The notes beneath the pieces were generated by a model that saw nothing but the letters and a program-made list of their open reading frames with translations, was not told the DNA's origin and searched no databases. Of a stretch of DNA of 41,671 nucleotides, positions 26,775 through 36,148 are shown piece after piece; the stretch's first letter is position 1, and each line of letters starts with the position of its first letter. Position numbers and translations under genes: made by a program. The stretch lies in IMG/VR virus record IMGVR_UViG_3300037391_000121, one strand, 5' to 3'. This stretch comes from a virus (lineage: Duplodnaviria > Heunggongvirae > Uroviricota > Caudoviricetes).

Positions 26775-26984
26775 ATGGCTAAGAAGGAAGACAACACTCG
26801 GAATCACACGGGCTTTGCCGCGTGGGAGAAGCGGAAAGCCGAAATCAACTCGGGCATCGAATACAAGAATGCCCAAAGCATGTACCGCCGTGCGGCCCTC
26901 ACCGCCCGGGCAGAAGAGGGTCGGCTGACCGACAAGAATTACGTCGAGATGGCGACGGTCGGGCTCCAGCTAAAGCGTTCATGA
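26775..26984 (+). CDS. hypothetical protein
   Basis: AAGGAG SD, ATG 26775. Confidence 0.7.
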   Translation: MAKKEDNTRNHTGFAAWEKRKAEINSGIEYKNAQSMYRRAALTARAEEGRLTDKNYVEMATVGLQLKRS

Positions 26985-27181
26985 GCGACGAACAGAAGCC
27001 CCAGATGGATACCAGCATCATCCGCGAGATGATGGCTCACTGGATTCCGTTCCCTGATGCCGCATACTGGAAGAAGTTTGGCATCGAGCCGAACCCAGAC
27101 GGCACCATCGACACTCCGGGGGGATTCCGCATCCCCACTCGTGAGATGTGCGAAAAAATCGGCTACCGAACCCTCAGGTAG
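26981..27181 (+). CDS. hypothetical protein
   Basis: ATGA coupling at 26981. Confidence 0.65.
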   Translation: MSDEQKPQMDTSIIREMMAHWIPFPDAAYWKKFGIEPNPDGTIDTPGGFRIPTREMCEKIGYRTLR

Positions 27182-27388
27182 ATGGAGGGTTCGATGCCGA
27201 TCATTCGAATTGACGATCCCAAAGTCTACATTGGGATGGACGTAGAAGCCGCTCGTCGAGATATCATCAGTCACGAGTACGAAGTCCGCGTGATCCAGAA
27301 AAACCTGCCCTACAAGCCTGATTACGATCCCCTCCGCATCTGCTTATTTGTTGAGAAAGATAAGGTCATCGACGCCAAGATCGGATAA
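27182..27388 (+). CDS. peptidase-inhibitor I13/I78 (potato inhibitor I fold)-like protein
   Basis: G.....A......VRVI.......DY.P.RI.L.V....VI....G pattern. Confidence 0.55.
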   Translation: MEGSMPIIRIDDPKVYIGMDVEAARRDIISHEYEVRVIQKNLPYKPDYDPLRICLFVEKDKVIDAKIG

Positions 27389-27413
27389 CCTGTTGATTCC
27401 ACTGCGTTAAAAC

Positions 27414-27444
27414 CTAGCCAAAACCCGAGCTTTTACGGTAGAAT
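27414..27444 (+). promoter_or_regulatory. phage promoter, CTA(G/T)C(C/T)-N19-TAnnAT class
   Basis: CTAGCC 27414-27419, TAGAAT 27439-27444, ATG 5 nt later. Confidence 0.65.
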
Positions 27445-27449
27445 GGGGT

Positions 27450-28157
27450 ATGGCGAAGAAAACCCCATCCACCGTCCACGAATTTGATATGGAGCTTACT
27501 CCATTTTCGAGTATGCAACTTTACGGCGACAAAAAGTACAGCCTCCAAAACATGGTTCTCAAGATGGCGGACTATCCCGCCAAGATGGACTCGGCGGTCG
27601 ATCAGCATTTCAGCATCTACGTGGATCGCGCATACACGCAGTGGCACGCGGCCTCACGCGGCATCCCGAGCACACAGACGGGCGATGCGTGGTGGGCGGG
27701 CGTCTCTGACAGGGAGTTTCTGCGATTCGCTGGCAAGCTGTTCGCCATCCTCAACACGCCCCGCAAGGTCACGGGCGACGAGTACGTGCAGAACGCCAAC
27801 CACTATTCCAACCAGTACCTCAGTCGCCTCGCAGAGCTTCAAGGCTCGATGGCTCTGGCTGGTCTGGACGCAGACGGCTACGACAATCTCGACCTCCGCA
27901 TCAAAACTCGTGAGTGGGCCGAAGTCGCTGCCGCCGAGGAGATCGAGCCCCTGCCACTTACTGGTGCGCTGATGGTTCGCATGACGAACGTGAGCAGCGG
28001 TTATCCGTGCCCCGTTCTCATGGGCATCATCCAGAAATCGAAGTTCGCTCGTTACAGCGGGAACTCCGCTCCGTTCATCAAACAGTTCCGTTCGCACATG
28101 GACATATTCGGCAATCCCCGCCTCTACGCCAACGAGTACGAGGAGGATCGGTACTGA
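27450..28157 (+). CDS. hypothetical protein
   Basis: 235 aa, strong coding bias. Confidence 0.8.
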   Translation: MAKKTPSTVHEFDMELTPFSSMQLYGDKKYSLQNMVLKMADYPAKMDSAVDQHFSIYVDRAYTQWHAASRGIPSTQTGDAWWAGVSDREFLRFAGKLFAILNTPRKVTGDEYVQNANHYSNQYLSRLAELQGSMALAGLDADGYDNLDLRIKTREWAEVAAAEEIEPLPLTGALMVRMTNVSSGYPCPVLMGIIQKSKFARYSGNSAPFIKQFRSHMDIFGNPRLYANEYEEDRY

Positions 28158-28456
28158 TGGGACCGAAGCCAACAGCGAAGCAATTAGAGACACTCACCAA
28201 GCTGGCTCTCCCCGGCGTCACCGTCCACGAATGGTCGGAGACTCGCGGTGGACTGCACGCCTACATTTCCTACCCCTCTGGCAATCCGAAGAAAAGCAAC
28301 GCGACTGAGGTCATGAATCACGGCACTCTTGGCAAGTTCGTTTCATGGGACTGGTTGAAGCCCGTGGGCGATCCCGAAATGGCGTGGCGAAACATGGAGT
28401 ACGTAATCACCGAAGACGGACTCGAAGTCATCAAGAAGGGTGAGGTCAGAAAATGA
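28157..28456 (+). CDS. hypothetical protein
   Basis: GGAGG SD, TGATG coupling. Confidence 0.7.
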   Translation: MGPKPTAKQLETLTKLALPGVTVHEWSETRGGLHAYISYPSGNPKKSNATEVMNHGTLGKFVSWDWLKPVGDPEMAWRNMEYVITEDGLEVIKKGEVRK

Positions 28457-28800
28457 GCGGTAACGTGTTTCGTTTTGACAGGCAGACAGCCAAGTGGGGC
28501 ACCTACGGCAAAGGCGGCTTTGAGCATTGTGCGGGCCGCTGCCCTGAGCACCAGCTACGATACAAGTTGCTGGTCGATTGCGACACCGACCACCTGCAAA
28601 TGATCTTGAAAAACCAGCGGCAGGTTGATCGGCACCCGCAGTATAAGTCGCTCATCCACTCCATCCTGATCGAGCGTGGTGAAGTTCCCGAGCCGTTCAG
28701 CCAAGCCGCCGAGGACGAATTGTTTCGGCATTACATGGCCGCTCTCAAGAATTTTCCTGTGGTACAATCGGGGTTTGGGGGAACCAATGCGACTTGTTAA
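28453..28800 (+). CDS. hypothetical protein
   Basis: ATGA coupling. Confidence 0.7.
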   Translation: MSGNVFRFDRQTAKWGTYGKGGFEHCAGRCPEHQLRYKLLVDCDTDHLQMILKNQRQVDRHPQYKSLIHSILIERGEVPEPFSQAAEDELFRHYMAALKNFPVVQSGFGGTNATC

Positions 28801-28978
28801 GAAGGGTAAAGACCCGCAAACCGAAATCTGGAAGGCGACCTGCACAAATTGCAAGTCGCAGTACGAAGCACAGCGGAGTGAACTCAAAGTTGAGGACACC
28901 CAACGCGACGGCGCATTTGCTCATGCACGTTGCCAAGTGTGCAAGCAGGATATGATTTTCTACCCATCGAGGGGATAA
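28787..28978 (+). CDS. small zinc-ribbon protein
   Basis: GGGGGA SD; CTNC ... CQVC. Confidence 0.7.
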   Translation: MRLVKKGKDPQTEIWKATCTNCKSQYEAQRSELKVEDTQRDGAFAHARCQVCKQDMIFYPSRG

Positions 28979-28981
28979 CGT

Positions 28982-29392
28982 ATGTCAAAAAATCACGGCG
29001 TCACAAAACGCAACCGCCGCTCAATATCGAAGGCGCGGCCCAAGCAGGCTTCCGCACGGATCGCCCGAACGATGGCGACCCTCAAGCAGCTTGAAAAGCG
29101 GGACAAGGCTCTCGCACAGATACACGAGGCTTACCCAGAGGACACCGTTCGGGCAGCCTTCCTGCGAAGGGAAGACATCATCGCTCTGCCGCCAGAGGAA
29201 CAGGAACGTCGATTCGTAGAGCACATGATCCGCGTTGAGGGATTCTTCAAAACGATTGCGGGGATGGACCCGATCTTTGTGCAAGACAACCGTATGCCCC
29301 AGATCATGGTCGAAGAGGGCATCGACACCACGGACATTCCCGAGGTAAGGGACTGGACTGGTGCTGTGCGAGGCAAGTTCCACAGGGAATAA
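28982..29392 (+). CDS. hypothetical protein
   Basis: 136 aa. Confidence 0.7.
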   Translation: MSKNHGVTKRNRRSISKARPKQASARIARTMATLKQLEKRDKALAQIHEAYPEDTVRAAFLRREDIIALPPEEQERRFVEHMIRVEGFFKTIAGMDPIFVQDNRMPQIMVEEGIDTTDIPEVRDWTGAVRGKFHRE

Positions 29393-29992
29393 ATGAAGCA
29401 GTACCCACATATCGAAGGCCCTGCTAAGGCTCCTCTGGGAGTCCCGTGCATCGCTTTCTACAAGTACGATGGAAGCAACTTGCGGTGGGAGTGGTCGCCG
29501 AAGCAGGGCTGGCACAAGTTCGGCACCCGGCACGAGATGTTCAATGCGACTCACCCGCTGTTCGGGCAGGCGATTCCAATCTTCATGGACACGATGGCGG
29601 ACGAGATTGTGAAGCGATGCAAGAAGGTTGAACGTGGCGTCCAACGCATCAACGTGTTCACCGAGTTCCTCGGGCCGAGCAGCTTCGCGGGCTTGCATGA
29701 CGAGAAGGAACCGAAAGAGCTTCGGCTGTTCGATGTCAACCTATTCAAGCGAGGCATCATGTCACCCAAGCTGTTCGTTGATACGTTCGGCGACTTGCCA
29801 TACGCGGCTCAGGTAGTTTACAGAGGCAATCTGAACCGCCAGTTCATCGAGGATGTTCGCATGGGACTCTACCCTGTGAACGAGGGCGTAATCGCCAAGG
29901 GCAATGATTTCATGGTGAAGATCAAGACGTATGCGTACTTGAAGCGGTTGAACGAAAAGTTCGGTGCAGATTATCGCAACTATTGGGAATAA
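29393..29992 (+). CDS. ATP-dependent RNA ligase-like nucleotidyltransferase (Rnl2-type core)
   Basis: motif I KYDGSN, FTEF (III), LFDV (IIIa), EGVIAK (IV), VKIK (V). Confidence 0.8.
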   Translation: MKQYPHIEGPAKAPLGVPCIAFYKYDGSNLRWEWSPKQGWHKFGTRHEMFNATHPLFGQAIPIFMDTMADEIVKRCKKVERGVQRINVFTEFLGPSSFAGLHDEKEPKELRLFDVNLFKRGIMSPKLFVDTFGDLPYAAQVVYRGNLNRQFIEDVRMGLYPVNEGVIAKGNDFMVKIKTYAYLKRLNEKFGADYRNYWE

Positions 29993-30001
29993 GGAGGCAG
30001 T

Positions 30002-30343
30002 ATGAAATCACGTATCATCACAGGGGTGTTTTGCATTCTGACGATCATTTTCCTGTTCGCCAGTTTGGGTCATGCTCAATCGGTTGGCACCAGTGTACAG
30101 CCCGCTTACGGGCCGTCGTATTCGGTTCCAGATCACCCGCAGCACGCCGAGCAGCACGACCTGCGACCCGAGGTCAGCTTGATCGGCGGCTCCAGCTACA
30201 CCTACGCGCAAGGCGAGCGCCCGATGTCCGACTTCCCCGAGTACAGGTACGTGAAGCCACTCGGTGACGTGGCACGCGCATATCGTGCGGAACACGCGGC
30301 GGCTGAGAAGGCTACCATCGTCTGGAATCAGCAAGGTCAGTAA
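30002..30343 (+). CDS. secreted hypothetical protein
   Basis: GGAGG SD, signal peptide ending AHA/GHA-Q. Confidence 0.75.
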   Translation: MKSRIITGVFCILTIIFLFASLGHAQSVGTSVQPAYGPSYSVPDHPQHAEQHDLRPEVSLIGGSSYTYAQGERPMSDFPEYRYVKPLGDVARAYRAEHAAAEKATIVWNQQGQ

Positions 30344-30528
30344 TGGCACACTGGAGCGGAGATCGAGCGGTCATGACTTGCCTGCGGGTGTTTCGACACA
30401 TCCGCAAGGAAGTCAGGTATGATGCTCAGGCGATGGAACTCATTGTTTGTAGCAACATCATCCGTGAACAGTTTGCGACCGCCGAAGATGAACGAAGGAT
30501 TTGGCTGTCGTACATGGACAGGGAGTAA
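30343..30528 (+). CDS. hypothetical protein
   Basis: TAATG coupling. Confidence 0.6.
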   Translation: MAHWSGDRAVMTCLRVFRHIRKEVRYDAQAMELIVCSNIIREQFATAEDERRIWLSYMDRE

Positions 30529-30530
30529 AT

Positions 30531-30692
30531 ATGAACCCGATTGAACAGCACAACCTAACCACTTGGAAAGTGACATCAGCCCTGCTGATGTTTGCTCTCG
30601 TACTGGCAATGGCTCTTGTTGCCGTCGTCTCCCATGATAGAGACGCCTGCAAGCAGGGTCAAGCAAGCAGCGAGCAAGCGGGGAGAAAATAA
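30531..30692 (+). CDS. small membrane protein
   Basis: GGGAG SD, one TM. Confidence 0.6.
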   Translation: MNPIEQHNLTTWKVTSALLMFALVLAMALVAVVSHDRDACKQGQASSEQAGRK

Positions 30693-30962
30693 ATGGCACC
30701 GAGAGTAGTAGAACCGACGAAAATGACGGTGATGCGGAAGGCGTGGGTCGGCGATGATGACCACGTTCTCGCCATGTTCGGTACGGATGAAGCGACCTTG
30801 TATCTTTTCAACCTGCTGACTGACGATCAAGTTGCCGAGTTTCTTCGAGCGTCAAAGGGCAACGCCTTTAATCGAGACCAATTCTGCATGGAATGTGATA
30901 CACTATTGCCAGCGGGGAACCATTTTTGCCCCGAGTGCGGATTGGACAACGAGGACAAATGA
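30693..30962 (+). CDS. hypothetical protein with C-terminal zinc ribbon
   Basis: CMEC ... CPEC. Confidence 0.7.
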   Translation: MAPRVVEPTKMTVMRKAWVGDDDHVLAMFGTDEATLYLFNLLTDDQVAEFLRASKGNAFNRDQFCMECDTLLPAGNHFCPECGLDNEDK

Positions 30963-31195
30963 TTACACGGATCAAGAAAGAAAAAATTACGGGTTACCTT
31001 CCGATGGTCGAGAACATGACCCTCAATTACGTGGCGGCGTGTATCTCCGTCATGCATCACAACCGAGGCATCGTGCAGTCCATTGTGGTTGACCCCACTC
31101 AATTCATGCCCGTCACCATCCGTTACTGGCTCCCCATGTGGGAAGAAGTCGCCATACTGGATGTGACGGAGGAAGCTTCGGCGGCGGCAGCATGA
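30959..31195 (+). CDS. hypothetical protein
   Basis: GAGGA SD, ATGA coupling. Confidence 0.65.
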   Translation: MITRIKKEKITGYLPMVENMTLNYVAACISVMHHNRGIVQSIVVDPTQFMPVTIRYWLPMWEEVAILDVTEEASAAAA

Positions 31196-31446
31196 GGTCA
31201 TTCTTCGCATGGATCGATCATTTCCTCGCTTGCAAGTGGGAGATCAGGAATGTGCAGCCGATGCTGGCGCAGGTCTCGCCCGTTGTAGGAGCTATGTGGG
31301 GATTTGACAGCCGACAGACCAAGCCCGAACCTGTCACGCAAGTTTTGCAGGTCTGCAAGGTCTGCGGCAAGCTGCGGACTGAAACCCTGCACGGAAGCTG
31401 GACGATGAACGATCTCGTAGGAGGACTCCCCGATGCCACGGCGTAA
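31192..31446 (+). CDS. hypothetical protein
   Basis: ATGA coupling. Confidence 0.65.
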   Translation: MRSFFAWIDHFLACKWEIRNVQPMLAQVSPVVGAMWGFDSRQTKPEPVTQVLQVCKVCGKLRTETLHGSWTMNDLVGGLPDATA

Positions 31447-31720
31447 AAAGACCTTCGCGGAGAACCACCCCGATTTGGACAAGCTGCGGGTGGACTTCCT
31501 CAACATGCAGGCGCTCGGCTCCAAGGAAGCGCCGATGGTGTTCTTGACTCAGTATGACGCTAAGGGTAAGGAAAAGACGCTGTGTTTCCACGTAGATGTT
31601 GCGATCAAGACGTTCCGAGGACTCACACAAAAGCTTCGTCTGTACAAGAAGACCAAGATGCTCATGGCCTTCAACGACGTTCCAGAAATCGACCGTTTCA
31701 CAGGAGAGGTCTACCGATGA
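31433..31720 (+). CDS. hypothetical protein
   Basis: GGAGGA SD. Confidence 0.7.
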   Translation: MPRRKKTFAENHPDLDKLRVDFLNMQALGSKEAPMVFLTQYDAKGKEKTLCFHVDVAIKTFRGLTQKLRLYKKTKMLMAFNDVPEIDRFTGEVYR

Positions 31721-32640
31721 CAGCCAAAGCAAAGATGGCGGGCAACACGCTGGTTTACGGGAACCGCAAACAGCCCGATATGAAGTGGGACATCAGCACG
31801 CCCGAACTGCGGGCGAAGGCGTTCCTCGAACTGTTCAAGTACCTCAAGAAAGAGTGGGTGGTCTACACTTGCGACTATTGGGGTGCGACCAAGGCCGAGA
31901 TCGCCCAGCAGAAGGAACTCTATCGCCTTGCCTCGGATGGCGATGCAGAAGCCGCCGAGCGGCTGCTCAGGATGCGTATCGACTACGAATACGAGAATTG
32001 GCGGATTGTCGCGGTTCCAAGGTCAGGCGACGGCGAACCCAAGATGGTTCTCAGCAAGAAACCCGGCAGCGTTTTCGTGAAAGACATTCGTCGCCAGTCC
32101 GACACGGGGCGGTACTCGTTTCAACTCAGCAATGGGGAGGAGATCGAATTCGCCTATCTCCCGATCAGCACGACTCGCAACGATTGGTCAAACGGACATA
32201 TCGTCCCCCATTTTCTGGTTGACTCGTTCTACGAGAAGCTGGGCCGCGACCGCGACTTTGAGAAGACGACCACCGAACTCCTGTCGCATATCAATTACAT
32301 GCGGATGACGCTCCACTACACCATGCATCCCGAGCAGATGCCCCTTGGCAAGTCGCTCCCGATCTGGCAGCGACGGTCAATTGACGGAGCCGAGAGCTAC
32401 ATCGAGGATTTGGGTGAGAACCCAGTCGAGAAGCTCAAGGACAAGGTTGTCCGTCCTACAAATCTGCAAAAGGCCCAGAACACGATTAGCGAACTCGTGT
32501 TACACTACGAGGGTCTGCTGAACCACGTCAAGCGTGTCACCGAAGGCAAGAGTACGGTCGAAGAGTTGAAGCAATACACCGTGCCTTCGTATGCCAAGAA
32601 ACTTGGCGAGATCAAGAAGGGGATCATCAACGAGCTATGA
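31717..32640 (+). CDS. hypothetical protein
   Basis: GGAGAGG SD, ATGA coupling at 31717. Confidence 0.8.
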   Translation: MTAKAKMAGNTLVYGNRKQPDMKWDISTPELRAKAFLELFKYLKKEWVVYTCDYWGATKAEIAQQKELYRLASDGDAEAAERLLRMRIDYEYENWRIVAVPRSGDGEPKMVLSKKPGSVFVKDIRRQSDTGRYSFQLSNGEEIEFAYLPISTTRNDWSNGHIVPHFLVDSFYEKLGRDRDFEKTTTELLSHINYMRMTLHYTMHPEQMPLGKSLPIWQRRSIDGAESYIEDLGENPVEKLKDKVVRPTNLQKAQNTISELVLHYEGLLNHVKRVTEGKSTVEELKQYTVPSYAKKLGEIKKGIINEL

Positions 32641-32909
32641 TGACCGATTTCGAAATTAAATTCACGCGGAGCATGGGGGATATGCGTCCGCCCGGAGCAC
32701 GGGAGCTAATCAACGCTCTCGGGGATTACGCGGAGGGCACGAAAACGCTGTCCAAGCAGGACGCCGCTGACGCCCACAATTACATCTGTGCGTTGGAATC
32801 CAAGGTTTGCGGACTTCACCACGAACTGGAAGCGATCAAGCAGCAGAAGTCCGACCGCCTCACCCACCTGATGGAAGACCGCAAGAATTCGCTGGGAATA
32901 CCGATATGA
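32637..32909 (+). CDS. hypothetical protein
   Basis: ATGA coupling. Confidence 0.7.
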   Translation: MMTDFEIKFTRSMGDMRPPGARELINALGDYAEGTKTLSKQDAADAHNYICALESKVCGLHHELEAIKQQKSDRLTHLMEDRKNSLGIPI

Positions 32910-33088
32910 AATTCGTGAAGGTCACCTTCATAACGGACGACGGTGAGGAGATCGAAACGACGCCGCAGGAATTCAAGTTGCGGCTGGTGTACCCGGGCCA
33001 AACAACGCTTACCATTCCAGCGAAGGAAGAGGGAAAAGAGGGAATGTGCAGGCCGCTGGTTAACTTCCCATGTGGGTTTAGACTGTGA
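32906..33088 (+). CDS. small hypothetical protein (tandem paralog 1)
   Basis: MKFVKVTFITDDGEEIETTPQEFKL. Confidence 0.65.
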   Translation: MKFVKVTFITDDGEEIETTPQEFKLRLVYPGQTTLTIPAKEEGKEGMCRPLVNFPCGFRL

Positions 33089-33255
33089 AAGTCATCTTTG
33101 AGACGGACGAGGGCAGGAAGTACGAAGTTACGCCCGAACAAATACGTCTGACGCAAATCGGCACAAGATCGGCTGCACTTCAAATACCCGCCGACGATGA
33201 CTTAGTGGACGTACTGGTGTTCGACTGCGTACTGACACTGGAGGGACGGAAATGA
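33085..33255 (+). CDS. small hypothetical protein (tandem paralog 2)
   Basis: GTGA coupling; MKVIFETDEGRKYEVTPEQIRL. Confidence 0.65.
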   Translation: MKVIFETDEGRKYEVTPEQIRLTQIGTRSAALQIPADDDLVDVLVFDCVLTLEGRK

Positions 33256-33428
33256 ACTTCGGACACGGAGAAGGATGCATCTGCCGCGAGTGCCATCGCG
33301 TTCGCCATCTGCTGGCTCAGTGTGAGGACGCTATCCGTGGCGCGAACCGAGCAATCAACACACTCGGCAGGTATCAGACCGACCGCCTCGTTGAGCAGTT
33401 GGAACGGTCTCTGGGAAGGAAACTCTGA
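33252..33428 (+). CDS. small hypothetical protein
   Basis: MNFGHGEGCICRECH...; coupled both sides. Confidence 0.55.
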   Translation: MNFGHGEGCICRECHRVRHLLAQCEDAIRGANRAINTLGRYQTDRLVEQLERSLGRKL

Positions 33429-33703
33429 TGGAACTTGTAGAAGCGTATTCCAACGTTCGGGAAATGACCCCCGAAGTGTTGCTCGAACTCACGCAGTCCC
33501 ACAAATACCAAGAGGTTAAACGCTCGTTCCAGCAAGACATCGGCTTGCACAGTAAGCTGGTTGTCACGCAGGAAGACATCGAGAACATGGGCGAGACCCT
33601 CAAGATGATTGTGTTCTTCGTTTCGCCCGCCATTATCCGTGGCGCAGTTGAACTGGCGAAAGAGAAGAGCGTCCTCGGGGTCAACTCGAACTGGCTGAGG
33701 TAG
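33428..33703 (+). CDS. hypothetical protein
   Basis: TGATG coupling. Confidence 0.7.
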   Translation: MELVEAYSNVREMTPEVLLELTQSHKYQEVKRSFQQDIGLHSKLVVTQEDIENMGETLKMIVFFVSPAIIRGAVELAKEKSVLGVNSNWLR

Positions 33704-33705
33704 TC

Positions 33706-34752
33706 ATGGAAAACGAAAAACGTAATGTAGATTGGCCCGCAAAAGCAACCGACGAGTGCTTTCCCGATGTCCCTGTGGAAGGCGAAACCAGAAAGAAACG
33801 CGAGGGTTTTGAGTTTGTCTACGCTGACATCGTAGGTAGCTGGTACATGTCGCCCGAGACGTTCGTGCGGATGGACGGGAGCGAGCAGAAGGACATCATG
33901 CCGGGGCATTTTGGCTTCCTGATTCGCTGGGGTGTCAAGAACTATGGCTTCGGCGAATACTCGGTGCGGTTTGGCACCGATGGCAAGATCGAAGTGCAGG
34001 ACGAGTTCAGCGGCCCCGAGTTCTCGAAGGCATTGTTCGCCTATCTGGGGCAGAAGGTCGCGGAGATCGGCGAGCACGATCACCAACGGAAGAGAAAAAG
34101 AAGCAGGAAGAAGCCGCGAGGGTCAGCGAAGCGGGGGAACCTGATGTTTCCTAATATCTCCGTCCCCCAAGCCCTCGACGTTTACGATGATCTGGTCAAG
34201 GCGTACTACGGCGAGCATGGCTATGGCGGCAACGTGGCCGAAATCTACTGCTACCGCCTGTGCCCCAGCAACCCCTCGGCGGCTGCGGCGATTCGTGCGG
34301 GCGTACAGTACGACAAGCACCCCAACAAAGACGGTTTTCTCTACCCCGCGATGATGGAGGAAGCACACACGGCGGCGGATAACCTGTTCGCTGTCATTGA
34401 GCATTTCCAGCAGAAGTACCCCGATGCCAAGGTACATTTTGAAGACAGCATCCAAGACCCCGAAGCCGACGAGGGTGTGGGCAAGATCGTGTGGAGAATT
34501 CCTCGGGCGTACCTTCGCGGCGGTGTCCTGCATCGGGTGCGTGTGCCGTGTGAAGCATCCAAATCAGAAGATTCACGGGGAGGACTAATGCCAGTTACCG
34601 TAGACCACATGTCTCCCGGTGCCTTAGCCGTACTCAAGAGCGCCCTGCAAGAGATCATCGAGTTGCCGCAGCCAGACCTACATGACTGCGACGACGATCA
34701 GGTGATCGAACTCCTTTCGGACATGATCGAAAAAGAAGAGGAAAAGGAATAG
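33706..34752 (+). CDS. long ORF probably comprising up to three genes (33706, 34144, 34588) joined by apparent frameshifts
   Basis: internal SD+ATG at 34144 and 34588 with natural-looking C-terminal tails ending at stops 34154 and 34588 in other frames. Confidence 0.45.
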   Translation: MENEKRNVDWPAKATDECFPDVPVEGETRKKREGFEFVYADIVGSWYMSPETFVRMDGSEQKDIMPGHFGFLIRWGVKNYGFGEYSVRFGTDGKIEVQDEFSGPEFSKALFAYLGQKVAEIGEHDHQRKRKRSRKKPRGSAKRGNLMFPNISVPQALDVYDDLVKAYYGEHGYGGNVAEIYCYRLCPSNPSAAAAIRAGVQYDKHPNKDGFLYPAMMEEAHTAADNLFAVIEHFQQKYPDAKVHFEDSIQDPEADEGVGKIVWRIPRAYLRGGVLHRVRVPCEASKSEDSRGGLMPVTVDHMSPGALAVLKSALQEIIELPQPDLHDCDDDQVIELLSDMIEKEEEKE

Positions 34753-34753
34753 C

Positions 34754-34924
34754 ATGGCGTGGAAGACTTTCACCCTCTTTGAACCGCACTCGGACGGAGC
34801 CGCCTACAGTGGGAGGCCCATCGAAGAACAACTCGATCAAATCGAGGCGAATGACTACGAAATTCGCTTTGTGTTCAAGGAGTCGGCGAGGTATACTGTA
34901 CTGGCAAGACGTAAGGCACACTAA
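34754..34924 (+). CDS. small hypothetical protein (56 aa)
   Basis: AAGGA SD; TAATG coupling to next gene. Confidence 0.6.
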   Translation: MAWKTFTLFEPHSDGAAYSGRPIEEQLDQIEANDYEIRFVFKESARYTVLARRKAH

Positions 34925-35865
34925 TGACCATTTTCGAACAATTGAAGGCCAACAAGTTCCCCTACGCGAACAATCTGATCCACCTATTCAGGGGTGGGTC
35001 TGATCTCCATGGGGCGCAGCTTGTGAACAAGCACGATGACGACTGGTACGGCGTTTACGTTGAGCCGCCAGAGATGGTCATCGGCCTCAAGGATTACCCC
35101 CACTACGTGTGGTCGTCTGCGGGCGACACAAAGCGGAATGTTCCCGGCGATATGGACATCTGCTTTTACTCGCTGCGGAAGTGGGCGAAGCTCGCCTCGG
35201 GCGGGAACCCCACTTGCCTGTCGTACCTTTTCGCCGAGAACACCCTGCCTGTCACCGATCTATGGCAAGAGGTACGGAACATGCGGAAACTCTTCCTGTC
35301 AAAGGCGTGTGCGGAGCAGTTCCGTGGGTTTGCTATGGCCCAGCGTCAGCGGTACATGGGCGAACGCGGGCAGGGCAAGCACGGTCAACGTCCCGAGCTT
35401 GAGGAGAAGTTTGGCTTCGATACCAAGGCTGCCATGCACGTTATGCGGCTCCTCGGCGAGGGGATTGAACTTATGCAGGCTGGTGAGATCACCTACCCCC
35501 GTCCGAACAAGAGTCTGCTGATTGCCGTCCGCGAGGGCAAGTACGATCAGGCATTCCTCAAGGACATGACGGACACCCTGTTTGCCGATCTGGACAGGGC
35601 ACAGCGCGAGTCCGACCTACCCGATGAGGTTGACAGGGAAGCTGTGTCCAAATTCCTGACCAAGTTCTACCTCAAGGTTTGGGGAAGAGACGACTGTGTG
35701 ACCAACCGCATTCTGGCACGAGGGTTGGGACTTGCCTGCCGCTGGATCGCGGGACACCTACGGGCAGATGAGCGGGCGGATGGGCATCCCGCGTGGGAAG
35801 AATGGCGTGACGAGTCTGTCGTCAAGATCGCCATGATCGACATGGCAATGCGAGCGGAGGACTAA
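34924..35865 (+). CDS. DNA polymerase beta superfamily nucleotidyltransferase (RlaP/Nuc-transf-like)
   Basis: GGSDLHG, DDDWYGVY, SLRK...GNP, K.A.H..RLL. Confidence 0.8.
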   Translation: MTIFEQLKANKFPYANNLIHLFRGGSDLHGAQLVNKHDDDWYGVYVEPPEMVIGLKDYPHYVWSSAGDTKRNVPGDMDICFYSLRKWAKLASGGNPTCLSYLFAENTLPVTDLWQEVRNMRKLFLSKACAEQFRGFAMAQRQRYMGERGQGKHGQRPELEEKFGFDTKAAMHVMRLLGEGIELMQAGEITYPRPNKSLLIAVREGKYDQAFLKDMTDTLFADLDRAQRESDLPDEVDREAVSKFLTKFYLKVWGRDDCVTNRILARGLGLACRWIAGHLRADERADGHPAWEEWRDESVVKIAMIDMAMRAED

Positions 35866-35956
35866 TGCCACAAGTACCTTGCACTGGCGAAGGATGTTGG
35901 ATGTGCCTGATGCAAGCCGAAATTGAAGGCTTGACGGCACCATATTGGGGGGCGTA

Positions 35957-36148
35957 ATGGCGTCGATTTGCGGAAATATCGTCATGAACAACGCGGGCTC
36001 GGAGCGGCACTTCGACAGCCGTGAGGATGCGAGCCGAGCGTATGCCCTTCTCTGTGACTATGAGGCGTTCCTAAGCGATCTTGTCAATGACGGCAAGATA
36101 ACCGTTAAAGACCACCAAGCGCATCCGTGGGTGACGACAAAGGAATGA
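35957..36148 (+). CDS. hypothetical protein
   Basis: GGGGG SD, ATG 35957. Confidence 0.55.
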   Translation: MASICGNIVMNNAGSERHFDSREDASRAYALLCDYEAFLSDLVNDGKITVKDHQAHPWVTTKE

